From positions 1 to 13,012 of the forward strand of contig JAFYQM010000041.1 in NCBI GenBank assembly GCA_017547085.1: 13,012 nt of DNA, in the 5' to 3' direction. The notes beneath the pieces are model-generated. The model was given only the letters and a program-made list of their open reading frames with translations. It did no database searches and was not told the origin of the DNA. This DNA comes from Oscillibacter sp. (GTDB lineage Bacteria; Bacillota; Clostridia; Oscillospirales; Oscillospiraceae). Positions within the stretch are counted from its first letter, which is position 1. Each line of letters starts with the position of its first letter. The translations under genes and the position numbers were made by a program. Of the stretch, positions 6,202 to 13,012 are shown in pieces.

Positions 6202-6346
6202 TTTTCCACATCCGTGGTGGAAAAGGAAAAACTTCCTGTGGAAAACAAACCGTCAAAAACCCACCGTGGAAAACCCATTTCATTTTCCACCTTTTCCTAA
6301 AATGCCGTATTCCCTGCGCCGCAAGGCTTTCAGGCTGTTTTCCACA
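6202..6346. promoter_or_regulatory. DnaA-box cluster of oriC (six boxes fitting TTWTNCACA or one mismatch from it)
   Basis: Boxes read by eye: TTTTCCACA 6202..6210 (+); GGTGGAAAA 6216..6224 (-); TGTGGAAAA 6237..6245 (-); CGTGGAAAA 6265..6273 (-); TTTTCCACC 6283..6291 (+); TTTTCCACA 6338..6346 (+). Boxes 1/2 and 4/5 form 8-bp perfect inverted repeats (TTTTCCAC / GTGGAAAA). Confidence 0.8.
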
Positions 6347-6350
6347 TCTT

Positions 6351-6420
6351 TTTTGCCTAATACTACTTTTTCTAAGATATTTTATGTTCTTCTCTTTTTT
6401 AGAAGAAATTTTTCCATTCC
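6351..6420. other. AT-rich DNA unwinding element region of oriC (also carries the dnaN RBS and upstream region)
   Basis: By hand count, 17 of 70 positions are G/C, against a clearly GC-rich window. It lies immediately downstream of the last DnaA box and upstream of dnaN, which is the canonical position of the Firmicute oriC DUE. Confidence 0.65.
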
Positions 6421-6441
6421 AGACAGAGAGGAAGCGAAACT

Positions 6442-7557
6442 ATGATCAAGTTCAGCTGTGAAAAGGTCCTGCTGCAAAGTGCTATTGCCGTCACCAGCCG
6501 CGCTGTGGCTCAGAAGAGCTCCATTCCTGCCCTCGAAGGCCTGCTGCTCCGCGCCGATCAGGAGCTGACCGTGTCCGGCTACAATATGCAGACCGGTATT
6601 CGCACCAGAGTGTCCGCTGACATCACCGGCACAGGCGAGATTGTGCTGAATGCCCGCCTGTTTGGCGATATCATCCGCCGCATGCCCGATGACATTGTGA
6701 CCTTCACTGCCGATGACCGGCTGATGGTCCATCTGTCCTGCGGCGATGCCGACTTCGATATTCTGGGCCTGTCCGCCAAGGACTATCCCGATCTGCCGGA
6801 GGTGGAGGACGAGTATTCTGTCTCCCTCCAGCAGAAGACTCTCCGCGCCATGATCGAGGAAGTCAGCTTTGCCGTCTCCACCAACGAGAGCCGTCCCGTC
6901 CATACCGGCGCATTGTTTGAGATCGCTGACACGGGCCTCACCATGGTGGCCGTAGACGGGTTCCGTCTGGCTGTCCGCCGCGAGCCTCTGGAAAAGCTGG
7001 AAGGCGGCGCCTTCTCCTTCGTGGCTCCCGGCGCCGCGCTGAATGAAGTGAAGAGCATCTGCGGCGATGTGGAGGATCTGGCTGCCGTGACCCTCGGCAA
7101 GCGCCACATCCTGTTCACCGTGGGCGAGACGGAGCTGATCTGCCGCCGTCTGGAGGGTGAGTTCCTCGATTATAAAAATGCCATCCCCCGCAAGAATCCT
7201 ATTTCCGTGGTTGCTAACACCAAGGAGCTGATCAGCAGCATCGACCGCGTCAGCGTGGTGATCTCCGACAAGCTGAAAAGCCCCGTCCGCTGCCTGTTCC
7301 AGCATGACCGCGTGATGCTTTCCGCCAAGACCGGCAACGGCGAGGCTAAGGACATTTGCCGTATCGCAGGTGACGGCACCGATCTGGAGATCGGCTTCAA
7401 TAACCGTTATTTAATGGAGGCACTGCGTTACGCACCGGCAGAAGAGGTTCGTATCGAACTGAATACCGGCGTGTCCCCTGCCATTATCGTACCCACCGAG
7501 GGCGAGGAGAATTTCCTGTATATGGTACTCCCCGTCCGCCTGAAGAGTGCTGAATAA
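6442..7557 (+). CDS. dnaN: DNA polymerase III beta sliding clamp
   Basis: 371-aa ORF starting [36 protein letters not shown]..., with ...[12 protein letters not shown]... near the C-terminus. It has the three-domain length typical of DnaN. A GAGAGGAAG RBS lies upstream. Synteny is dnaA-dnaN. Confidence 0.95.
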   Translation: MIKFSCEKVLLQSAIAVTSRAVAQKSSIPALEGLLLRADQELTVSGYNMQTGIRTRVSADITGTGEIVLNARLFGDIIRRMPDDIVTFTADDRLMVHLSCGDADFDILGLSAKDYPDLPEVEDEYSVSLQQKTLRAMIEEVSFAVSTNESRPVHTGALFEIADTGLTMVAVDGFRLAVRREPLEKLEGGAFSFVAPGAALNEVKSICGDVEDLAAVTLGKRHILFTVGETELICRRLEGEFLDYKNAIPRKNPISVVANTKELISSIDRVSVVISDKLKSPVRCLFQHDRVMLSAKTGNGEAKDICRIAGDGTDLEIGFNNRYLMEALRYAPAEEVRIELNTGVSPAIIVPTEGEENFLYMVLPVRLKSAE

Positions 7558-7558
7558 T

Positions 7559-7774
7559 ATGAGAACTGTTACGATTACAACTGAATTTATTAAATTACAG
7601 GACCTGCTGAAGTTTGCCAATCTGGTGGAGTCCGGCGGCATGGCCAAGGAGTGCGTACAGGGCGGCGAAGTCATGGTCAACGGCGAGATCTGCACCATGC
7701 GCGGCAAGAAGATCCGCCCCGGCGACGTGGTGGTCTTTGACGGGCAGGACCTGACGGTAGCCTATGCGGATTGA
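7559..7774 (+). CDS. yaaA: S4-domain RNA-binding protein YaaA (RlbA family)
   Basis: From ATG 7559 the protein reads [60 protein letters not shown]. It resembles B. subtilis YaaA (I.L.QFLKLA..I.SGG.AK ... V.VNGE...RRG.K...GD.V). It holds the conserved slot between dnaN and recF. The GTG at 7547 in the track overlaps the dnaN end and is less likely. Confidence 0.85.
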   Translation: MRTVTITTEFIKLQDLLKFANLVESGGMAKECVQGGEVMVNGEICTMRGKKIRPGDVVVFDGQDLTVAYAD

Positions 7775-8864
7775 TCGTCTGGAACTGGATTTTTTTCGGA
7801 ACTATGTTCATGCGGAGGCTGATTTTGCGCCGGATGTCAATGTGATCTACGGCGACAACGCACAGGGCAAGACCAACCTGCTGGAGGCAGTGGCCTACCT
7901 CTCGGGCTTGAGCCATCGCGCCCGCTATGACCGGGAACTGATCCAGTTCGGCGTGGACCGCGCTTTTCTGCGGGGCGAGGTGTTTTCCCGCCAGCGGGAT
8001 TTCATTCTCGAAGCGGAATTGCAGCGTGGTGCCCGCAAAATACTGCGATCCAACGGCGTGAAGCTGAAAAATACGGCGGAGCTGTCCGGTATTTTTCAGT
8101 CGGTGCTGTTTTGTCCGGAGGATTTGTACCTCATTCGGGAGGGTGCGGCTGCCCGCCGCAAATTTCTGGATGACTGCATTTGCCAGCTGCGGCCCCGCTA
8201 TGCGCAGGCCCTTGCTGACTATAAGCGGCTGCACGAGCATAAAACCCGTATCCTGCGGGACAGCGAGGAGAAGCCCTCCCTGCTGGACACGCTGGACGAA
8301 TTTTCCCTCGGCATGGCGAAAGCCGGCGCCGTATTGATCCATTACCGCGCTCATTTTATTAAGAGATTGTGCCAGACGGCACCGGCCATTCACAGTGATT
8401 TTTCCGGCCGGCGGGAACAGTTGGCGCTGCGCTATGAGACAGTGTCTACGGTCACGGACCCGCAGGCCTCCCCTGCGGAGCTTTTGCCCCAGCTGCTGCA
8501 GCATCAGGAGACTCACCGCGCGGCGGAGATCGCCAGCCGCCAGTGCCTTTCCGGCCCTCACAAGGATGATCTTCTGGTGGATATCGACGGCAATCCCGCC
8601 AAACAGTTTGCCTCTCAGGGGCAGACCCGCACGGCAGCCCTCAGCTTGAAGCTGGCGGCCCGTGAGATTTTTCAGCAGGACACCGGCGAATATCCCGTGC
8701 TGCTGCTGGACGATGTACTCAGCGAACTGGACCCCCGGCGGCAGGCCTTTGTCCTTAACCGGATTCAGGGCGGTCAGGTGTTCATCACCTGCTGCGAGGA
8801 TGACCGGCTGGATCAAATGCTGGGCGGCAAGGTGTTCCGCGTGGTAAATGGCAGCATTCGGTAA
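7764..8864 (+). CDS. recF: DNA replication and repair protein RecF
   Basis: 366-aa ORF starting [14 protein letters not shown], with Walker [14 protein letters not shown], an SMC-like signature (LSGPHKDDL ... [11 protein letters not shown]) and Walker [13 protein letters not shown]. It overlaps the yaaA end by 11 nt. Confidence 0.93.
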   Translation: MRIDRLELDFFRNYVHAEADFAPDVNVIYGDNAQGKTNLLEAVAYLSGLSHRARYDRELIQFGVDRAFLRGEVFSRQRDFILEAELQRGARKILRSNGVKLKNTAELSGIFQSVLFCPEDLYLIREGAAARRKFLDDCICQLRPRYAQALADYKRLHEHKTRILRDSEEKPSLLDTLDEFSLGMAKAGAVLIHYRAHFIKRLCQTAPAIHSDFSGRREQLALRYETVSTVTDPQASPAELLPQLLQHQETHRAAEIASRQCLSGPHKDDLLVDIDGNPAKQFASQGQTRTAALSLKLAAREIFQQDTGEYPVLLLDDVLSELDPRRQAFVLNRIQGGQVFITCCEDDRLDQMLGGKVFRVVNGSIR

Positions 8865-8875
8865 GGGAGGTTCCT

Positions 8876-10027
8876 ATGATTTATAAGGAGTTTCAGGGAC
8901 TGAAATTGTCTGCCCTCGGCATGGGCACGGTGCGCCTGCCCATCACCAGCGAGAACAGCGCCGATGTCAATATCCCCGCTGTAGAGAAGATGGTGAACGC
9001 CGCCATTGCACAGGGTGTCAACTATTTCGATCTGGGCTGGGATTACCACGGCTGCCGGGCGGAAACGATTGTCAGTCAAAGCCTGCTGCGCTATCCCCGT
9101 GACAGCTATTATCTGGCCACCAAATTTCCCGGCTATTATCCTGATAAGCTGGATAAAGTCGAGGAGATTTTTGAAGAACAGCTGCGCCACTGCGGCGTGG
9201 ACTACTTTGATTTTTACCTGCTGCACAATGTGTGCGAGGCAAATATTGACGCGTATTTGGACCCCAAGTACGGTATCATTGATTATTTACTGAAACAGAA
9301 AGAAGCAGGACGCATCCGCCATTTAGGCTTCTCCACCCATGGTGAAGTGGAAAACATCCGCACGTTTTTAGATGCCGCGGGACAGCATATGGAGTTCTGC
9401 CAGATCCAGCTGAACTGGCTGGACTGGACCTTCCAGCGGGCGAATGAAAAAATGGCGCTGCTGCGGGAACGGAACATCCCTGTCTGGGTGATGGAGCCGC
9501 TGCGTGGCGGCAAGCTGCTAAAGCTGGCGGAAGAGGATGTGAAGCGGCTGCAAGCCCTGCGGCCGGAGGAGACGGTCTACGGCTGGGGTCTGCGGTTTTT
9601 GCAGACCATTCCGGAGGTGACCATGACCCTTTCCGGTTTTTCCAGTGTGGAGCAGATCATGGAGAATACCAAGACCTTTTCCGAGGAAAAGCCTCTCACG
9701 CCGGAGGAATGGGACGTATTGCAGTCCATTGCAGAGACGCTGAAGCAGCAAAGCGGCGTGCCCTGCACGGCCTGCCGCTACTGTGTGTCCCATTGCCCCC
9801 AGCAGCTGAATATTCCCAAGCTGCTGGAATTTTACAATGAACAATCTTTCTCCGGCGGCGGATTTATTGCACCCCGTGCCATGATGGCTCTGCCGGAGCA
9901 GCAGCGGGCCACGGCCTGCATCGGCTGCGGCAGCTGTGAGACATTCTGCCCCCAGAATATCAAAATTTCCGGGGCCATGGCCGCACTAGTGCAGTGGGCG
10001 GAGGAGTTTTTCAAGCCGAAAGCATAA
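8876..10027 (+). CDS. Aldo/keto reductase-family oxidoreductase with a C-terminal 2x[4Fe-4S] ferredoxin-like domain
   Basis: 383-aa ORF. The AKR-like N-terminal part includes GMGTVRLP, YFDLGWDYHG, LATKF and YFDFYLLHN. Two C-x2-C-x2-C-x3-C-P motifs are present: CTACRYCVSHCP (aa 297-308) and CIGCGSCETFCP (aa 348-359), encoded by nt 9764..9952. AGGGAGG RBS. It starts 11 nt after the recF stop. Confidence 0.85.
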   Translation: MIYKEFQGLKLSALGMGTVRLPITSENSADVNIPAVEKMVNAAIAQGVNYFDLGWDYHGCRAETIVSQSLLRYPRDSYYLATKFPGYYPDKLDKVEEIFEEQLRHCGVDYFDFYLLHNVCEANIDAYLDPKYGIIDYLLKQKEAGRIRHLGFSTHGEVENIRTFLDAAGQHMEFCQIQLNWLDWTFQRANEKMALLRERNIPVWVMEPLRGGKLLKLAEEDVKRLQALRPEETVYGWGLRFLQTIPEVTMTLSGFSSVEQIMENTKTFSEEKPLTPEEWDVLQSIAETLKQQSGVPCTACRYCVSHCPQQLNIPKLLEFYNEQSFSGGGFIAPRAMMALPEQQRATACIGCGSCETFCPQNIKISGAMAALVQWAEEFFKPKA

Positions 10028-10054
10028 ACCGATTTTGATGAGAGGAGATGTCCT

Positions 10055-10465
10055 ATGGATTCCATTGTCTACACATGGAAAGACCGCAAACGCATTTTGG
10101 GTATGCCCATTACCTTTACCCGTTACCGTTTGAGTGAAGACCGCCTGTTCTGCGAAAAGGGCTTCTTCAACATCAAGCAGGATGAGGTGCTGCTCTACCG
10201 TGTCCGCGATCTGCAGCTGAATCTTTCCTTGTGGCAGCGCATCTTCGGCGTGGGCACCGTCTGTGTGATCTCCTCTGACCAGAGCGCGCCACACATGGAC
10301 CTTATCAACATCAAGCGGCCTCGGGAGGTCAAGGAACTGATCCACCGCAGCGTGGAGGAAGCCAAGGATAAACGCCGTATGCGTACCATGGAGGTCATGG
10401 GCAGCGGTATGGCGGAGGATTCTTTAGAGGATGAGTTTGACAACCCCTTCTGCTCGGAGGACTGA
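10055..10465 (+). CDS. Bacterial PH-domain (bPH, YdbS/YdbT-like) protein with an acidic C-terminal tail, no TM segment
   Basis: 136-aa ORF. The pattern ITFTRYRLSEDRLFCEKGFFNIKQDEVLLYRVRDLQLNLSLWQRIFGVGTVCVISSD....MDLINIKRPREVKELI matches the bPH fold signature as I know it (Y.LT..RL....G......E.PL.RI.D........QR..G.GT......D ... L.NI..P.EV.ELI). GAGAGGAG RBS. Confidence 0.7.
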   Translation: MDSIVYTWKDRKRILGMPITFTRYRLSEDRLFCEKGFFNIKQDEVLLYRVRDLQLNLSLWQRIFGVGTVCVISSDQSAPHMDLINIKRPREVKELIHRSVEEAKDKRRMRTMEVMGSGMAEDSLEDEFDNPFCSED

Positions 10466-10483
10466 CGCGGAAAGGAGCTGCCT

Positions 10484-11035
10484 TTGAAAAAGAAGCTGGT
10501 GATTGCTGCAGCGGCTGTATTACTGATTGCCGTGCTCTTTTGCCTGTATATGGAGACACATTTTACTATGTCTACCATGGTGGAAACCGGTCTTTCGGAG
10601 AAAAAAATTCTGCGGGAGATGCCGGAAATCGCCATCACGGAACAGGATCTCGCCATGGCGGAAGAATTGTTTGCCGCACCGGAGGTGCAGGAGGCATTTA
10701 TTGCTGTGGAGGAGAGCGGTGCGTTGGGATGTCCTGTTTCAGATGCTGCTTCCCTGCTGGTAAACTGGACGCCGGAAGGCTTTGATGTCATGGAAGTGGC
10801 GGTTTCTGACCATAAGAGCCTGTATGTCAGCTTTTTAAAAGAGGACGAAGCGCAGTCCATCTACTATGTCTTTTTTGAAGATGGCGCGTATTCGCCCCAA
10901 AAGAGCATCGGCGTTTACGGCAGAACCCTGTTTCATAAGGATGACTGCAAGGCCGTCTATCAGAATGTGAACGGCGAAATTACCAAGATGAAACATAAAC
11001 ACATCTGGTTTGCGTGGCTGACGGAGGAACTATAA
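10484..11035 (+). CDS. Hypothetical protein with an N-terminal signal-anchor/TM helix; no recognisable domain
   Basis: 183-aa ORF with a TTG start at 10484, 6 nt after AAAGGAG (10471..10477). The N-terminus MKKKLVIAAAAVLLIAVLFCLY is hydrophobic. The remainder is soluble and acidic, with no motif I recognise. Codon usage looks like that of its neighbours. Confidence 0.6.
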   Translation: MKKKLVIAAAAVLLIAVLFCLYMETHFTMSTMVETGLSEKKILREMPEIAITEQDLAMAEELFAAPEVQEAFIAVEESGALGCPVSDAASLLVNWTPEGFDVMEVAVSDHKSLYVSFLKEDEAQSIYYVFFEDGAYSPQKSIGVYGRTLFHKDDCKAVYQNVNGEITKMKHKHIWFAWLTEEL

Positions 11036-11302
11036 ATGTACCTGCATTTGGGACAAAACGAGATTGTGGCCGACCGCAGTGTGATCGGCATTTTCGATCT
11101 GGATAAATGCTCCATGAGTAAACGGACCCGGGACTATCTATCGGCGGCGGAGGATGAAGGTGTGGTGCTGGATGTGTCAGGTGACCTGCCGAAGTCCTTC
11201 GTGGTCTGCGACCACCCCTATCACCGGCAGATCGTCTACCTCAGTCAGCTGAACCCCTCCACGCTGAAAAACCGCGCGGAGAGCAACAAGCTGGTGCTGT
11301 GA
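11036..11302 (+). CDS. remB: DUF370 protein RemB/YaaB (extracellular matrix regulatory protein B family)
   Basis: MYLHLGQNEIVADRSVIGIFDLD...LPKSFVVCD......IVYLSQLNPSTLKNRAE aligns by eye with B. subtilis RemB (MYIHLG...V....IVGIFD ... PKSIVV ... YYSPLSS.TLKKRA). It holds the canonical position between recF and gyrB. The ATG directly abuts the upstream TAA (TAAATG at 11033..11038). Confidence 0.85.
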   Translation: MYLHLGQNEIVADRSVIGIFDLDKCSMSKRTRDYLSAAEDEGVVLDVSGDLPKSFVVCDHPYHRQIVYLSQLNPSTLKNRAESNKLVL

Positions 11303-11312
11303 GGAGGCTGCA

Positions 11313-11630
11313 ATGTATCTTTTGAATGTGCTGAAAAATTTAGTGCAGTTCTGGACATTGGGTATGCCCCTTTCCATCCTCTTCCCCGTGGTATTTATAG
11401 TGTCTGCCATTCTGCATGGTTTGATGCTCTGGAGTATGGAAAGCCGCATAAAATGGATGATTCCCGCTCTTTCCGCAGGAATCCTTCTAATAGGAGAAGT
11501 GAGCATCTGGCTGATCCGCAGTTATATGGCCCTGCTGATCATTGCAGTCATGCACTTTGCCATGGTGGCCCTGCTGGGTGCCTTGGTTGGTACTCTGTTT
11601 TATAAACTCTGGACGAAAGTCCGTTCCTGA
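11313..11630 (+). CDS. Small hypothetical integral membrane protein (about 3 TM helices)
   Basis: 105-aa ORF with a GAGGAGG RBS 5 nt upstream. Three hydrophobic stretches are present: LGMPLSILFPVVFIVSAILHGLML, IPALSAGILLIGEVSIWLI and ALLIIAVMHFAMVALLGALVGTLFY. There is no recognisable family motif. Confidence 0.6.
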   Translation: MYLLNVLKNLVQFWTLGMPLSILFPVVFIVSAILHGLMLWSMESRIKWMIPALSAGILLIGEVSIWLIRSYMALLIIAVMHFAMVALLGALVGTLFYKLWTKVRS

Positions 11631-11740
11631 TGGTTTGAAATATGGCATCGAGGCAGGGAGACGTGAGCCGGAAAAGGCTCCGGTTCGATTCTCTTTGCCT
11701 TGAAACGGGGGACTCCCCCTTGAAAGGAGAAACATACAAC

Positions 11741-13012
11741 ATGAACGAAAACGAGATTTTAACTTCCACGGCGGTGGATGTGGAAAATGAGTACGACGCT
11801 TCGGAAATTCAGGTTCTGGAGGGTCTGGAAGCGGTGCGGAAACGCCCCGGTATGTATATCGGCTCCACGTCTTCCAGCGGTTTGCACCATCTGGTGTATG
11901 AAATTGTGGATAACGCTATCGATGAGGCGCTGGCGGGCTACTGCACGGAGATTCAGGTGACCATCAACGAGGGCGACACCATCACCGTCGTGGATAACGG
12001 CCGCGGTATTCCCGTGGACATTCAGTCCCAGACCGGCAAGCCTGCTCTCGAAGTGGTCTACACCGTGCTGCACGCCGGCGGCAAATTCGGCGGCGGCGGC
12101 TACAAGGTCTCCGGTGGTCTGCACGGCGTGGGTGCCTCTGTCGTAAACGCCCTCTCCGAGTGGCTGGAGGTGCAGGTCCACCGTGACGGAAAGATCCACG
12201 AGATGAAGTTTGCCCGCGGCCATGTGACGCAGGAAATGACCATCGTGGGCGAGACCGACCACACCGGCACCACCGTTACCTTCAAGCCGGACCCCGAAAT
12301 GTTTGAGGAGCTGGTTTATAATTACGATACCCTCCACACCCGTATGCAGGAGGAGGCCTTCCTGAATGCGGGCCTGCGCATCACCATTGCTGACAATCGC
12401 GCGGCCTCCGCGGAAAAGGACGAGAAGTACCGTTACCACTCCATGTGCTACGAGGGTGGTATCCGCGAGTTTGTCACGTGGCTGAACCGCAGCAAGGATG
12501 CCCTGCACGGTCAGGTCATCTACATGGCGGGCCAGAAGGACGACTCTGTGGCCGAGATCGCTATGCAGTACAATGATGGCTATAACGAAACCATCTTCTC
12601 CTTCGCCAACAACGTCCGCACCCCCGAAGGCGGCATGCACGAGGAGGGCTTTAAGCGCGCGCTGACTACCGTACTCAATAACTACGGAAGAAAAATCAAA
12701 ATGCTGAAGGACGACGAGAAGATCTCCGGCGAGGACTGCCGCGAGGGTCTCACCTGCGTCATTTCCGTCAAGCTGACCGAGGCCCAGTTTGAGGGCCAGA
12801 CCAAGGCCAAGCTGGGTAACAGCGAAATTCGCACGCTGGTCAATAATATCGTCTCCGACAAGCTGGATACGTTCCTGGAAGAAAATCCTCAGGTAGGCCG
12901 CATGATCCTCGACAAGGCGCTGACGGCCAACCGCGCCCGCGAGGCTGCCCGCAAGGCCCGCGAGTCCATCCGCCGCAAGACGGCGCTGGGCGGTGCCGCC
13001 ATGCCCGATAAG
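11741..13012 (+). CDS. gyrB: DNA gyrase subunit B, N-terminal 424 codons; continues beyond the window end
   Basis: Not in the ORF track because there is no stop in the window. Hand translation from ATG 11741 gives [93 protein letters not shown]...[30 protein letters not shown]..., the GHKL ATPase motifs of GyrB. AGGAG at 11725..11729. Confidence 0.97.
   Translation, partial: MNENEILTSTAVDVENEYDASEIQVLEGLEAVRKRPGMYIGSTSSSGLHHLVYEIVDNAIDEALAGYCTEIQVTINEGDTITVVDNGRGIPVDIQSQTGKPALEVVYTVLHAGGKFGGGGYKVSGGLHGVGASVVNALSEWLEVQVHRDGKIHEMKFARGHVTQEMTIVGETDHTGTTVTFKPDPEMFEELVYNYDTLHTRMQEEAFLNAGLRITIADNRAASAEKDEKYRYHSMCYEGGIREFVTWLNRSKDALHGQVIYMAGQKDDSVAEIAMQYNDGYNETIFSFANNVRTPEGGMHEEGFKRALTTVLNNYGRKIKMLKDDEKISGEDCREGLTCVISVKLTEAQFEGQTKAKLGNSEIRTLVNNIVSDKLDTFLEENPQVGRMILDKALTANRAREAARKARESIRRKTALGGAAMPDK

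Noticed and set aside
4770-6290. Minus-strand ORFs 4770..5327 (185 aa) and 5424..6290 (288 aa)
   Set aside because: They are antisense to dnaA, and one extends into the dnaA promoter or the oriC boxes. They have no RBS and no recognisable motifs.
6382-8816. Minus-strand ORFs 6382..7305 (307 aa) and 7677..8816 (379 aa)
   Set aside because: They are antisense to dnaN and recF respectively, with low-complexity Ala/Gly/Leu/Gln-rich translations. They are typical shadow ORFs.
10484-10546. Possible lipoprotein signal peptide in the 183-aa protein (MKKKLVIAAAAVLLIAVLFC)
   Set aside because: The residues before the Cys (V-L-F-C) do not fit the L-[AS]-[GA]-C lipobox. It is more conservatively described as a signal anchor or uncleaved TM helix.
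8813-10860. Minus-strand ORFs 8813..9226, 9518..9844, 9986..10345 and 10195..10860
   Set aside because: They are antisense to the AKR/Fe-S, bPH and membrane-anchored genes, which have proper RBSs and coherent domain signatures. None has an RBS or a motif.
11682-11691. GGTTCGATTC, a tRNA T-loop-like sequence, in the spacer before gyrB
   Set aside because: The flanking bases do not form a T-stem, and no acceptor, D or anticodon arms can be drawn. It is not a tRNA or tRNA fragment that I can support.
11905-11913. Perfect consensus DnaA box TGTGGATAA inside gyrB (and CGTGGATAA about 85 nt further on)
   Set aside because: Both are generated by the universally conserved GyrB peptide motifs EIVDNAI and VVDNGRG (GTG GAT AAC). 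They are isolated and intragenic, so they are most simply a by-product of coding constraint rather than an origin or regulatory element.
11759-12640. 293-aa minus-strand ORF
   Set aside because: It is antisense to gyrB, whose GHKL motifs are unambiguous on the plus strand.
1-13012. Search for mobile elements, integrases, CRISPR repeats, toxin-antitoxin or defence genes
   Set aside because: Every ORF with coding character is accounted for by housekeeping or small hypothetical genes. I saw no terminal inverted repeats, no direct-repeat arrays, and no transposase, integrase or nuclease signatures.

Overview
This window is the chromosomal replication-origin neighbourhood of a fairly GC-rich Firmicute. 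The gene order and protein sequences look Clostridia / Oscillospiraceae-like, but that taxonomic guess is inference only. On the minus strand, right to left, lie rpmH, rnpA, yidD, yidC and jag(khpB). After a 280-bp unassigned spacer comes a promoter, a glycine T-box leader, and the 5' part of glyQS, which runs off the window start. On the plus strand lie dnaA, a DnaA-box cluster with an AT-rich unwinding region (oriC), dnaN, yaaA (S4-domain protein) and recF. Three accessory genes follow: an aldo/keto reductase with a 2x[4Fe-4S] tail, a bacterial PH-domain protein, and a membrane-anchored unknown. Then come remB (DUF370), a small 3-TM protein, and the 5' part of gyrB, which runs off the window end. 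glyQS, rpmH and gyrB are missing from the ORF track (partial or under 60 aa), so I translated them by hand. I see no mobile element, CRISPR array, toxin-antitoxin pair or recognisable defence system. This is essentially a housekeeping locus, and I cannot honestly claim a novel system here. The points most worth a second look are listed here. (1) The origin architecture: six TTTTCCACA-type boxes sit only in the dnaA-dnaN spacer, next to a candidate DnaA-trio array, and none lie upstream of dnaA. (2) Three uncharacterised or accessory genes are wedged with no visible terminators into the normally compact recF-remB-gyrB block. (3) The 280-bp hairpin-rich spacer between jag and glyQS is unexplained. 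(4) Several structured leaders or spacers occur, including a glyQS T-box with an atypical base after the specifier, twin UUCG hairpins in the rpmH leader, and a nested stem-loop between rpmH and rnpA. The many long antisense ORFs in the track are mirror-frame artefacts of the GC-rich genes.
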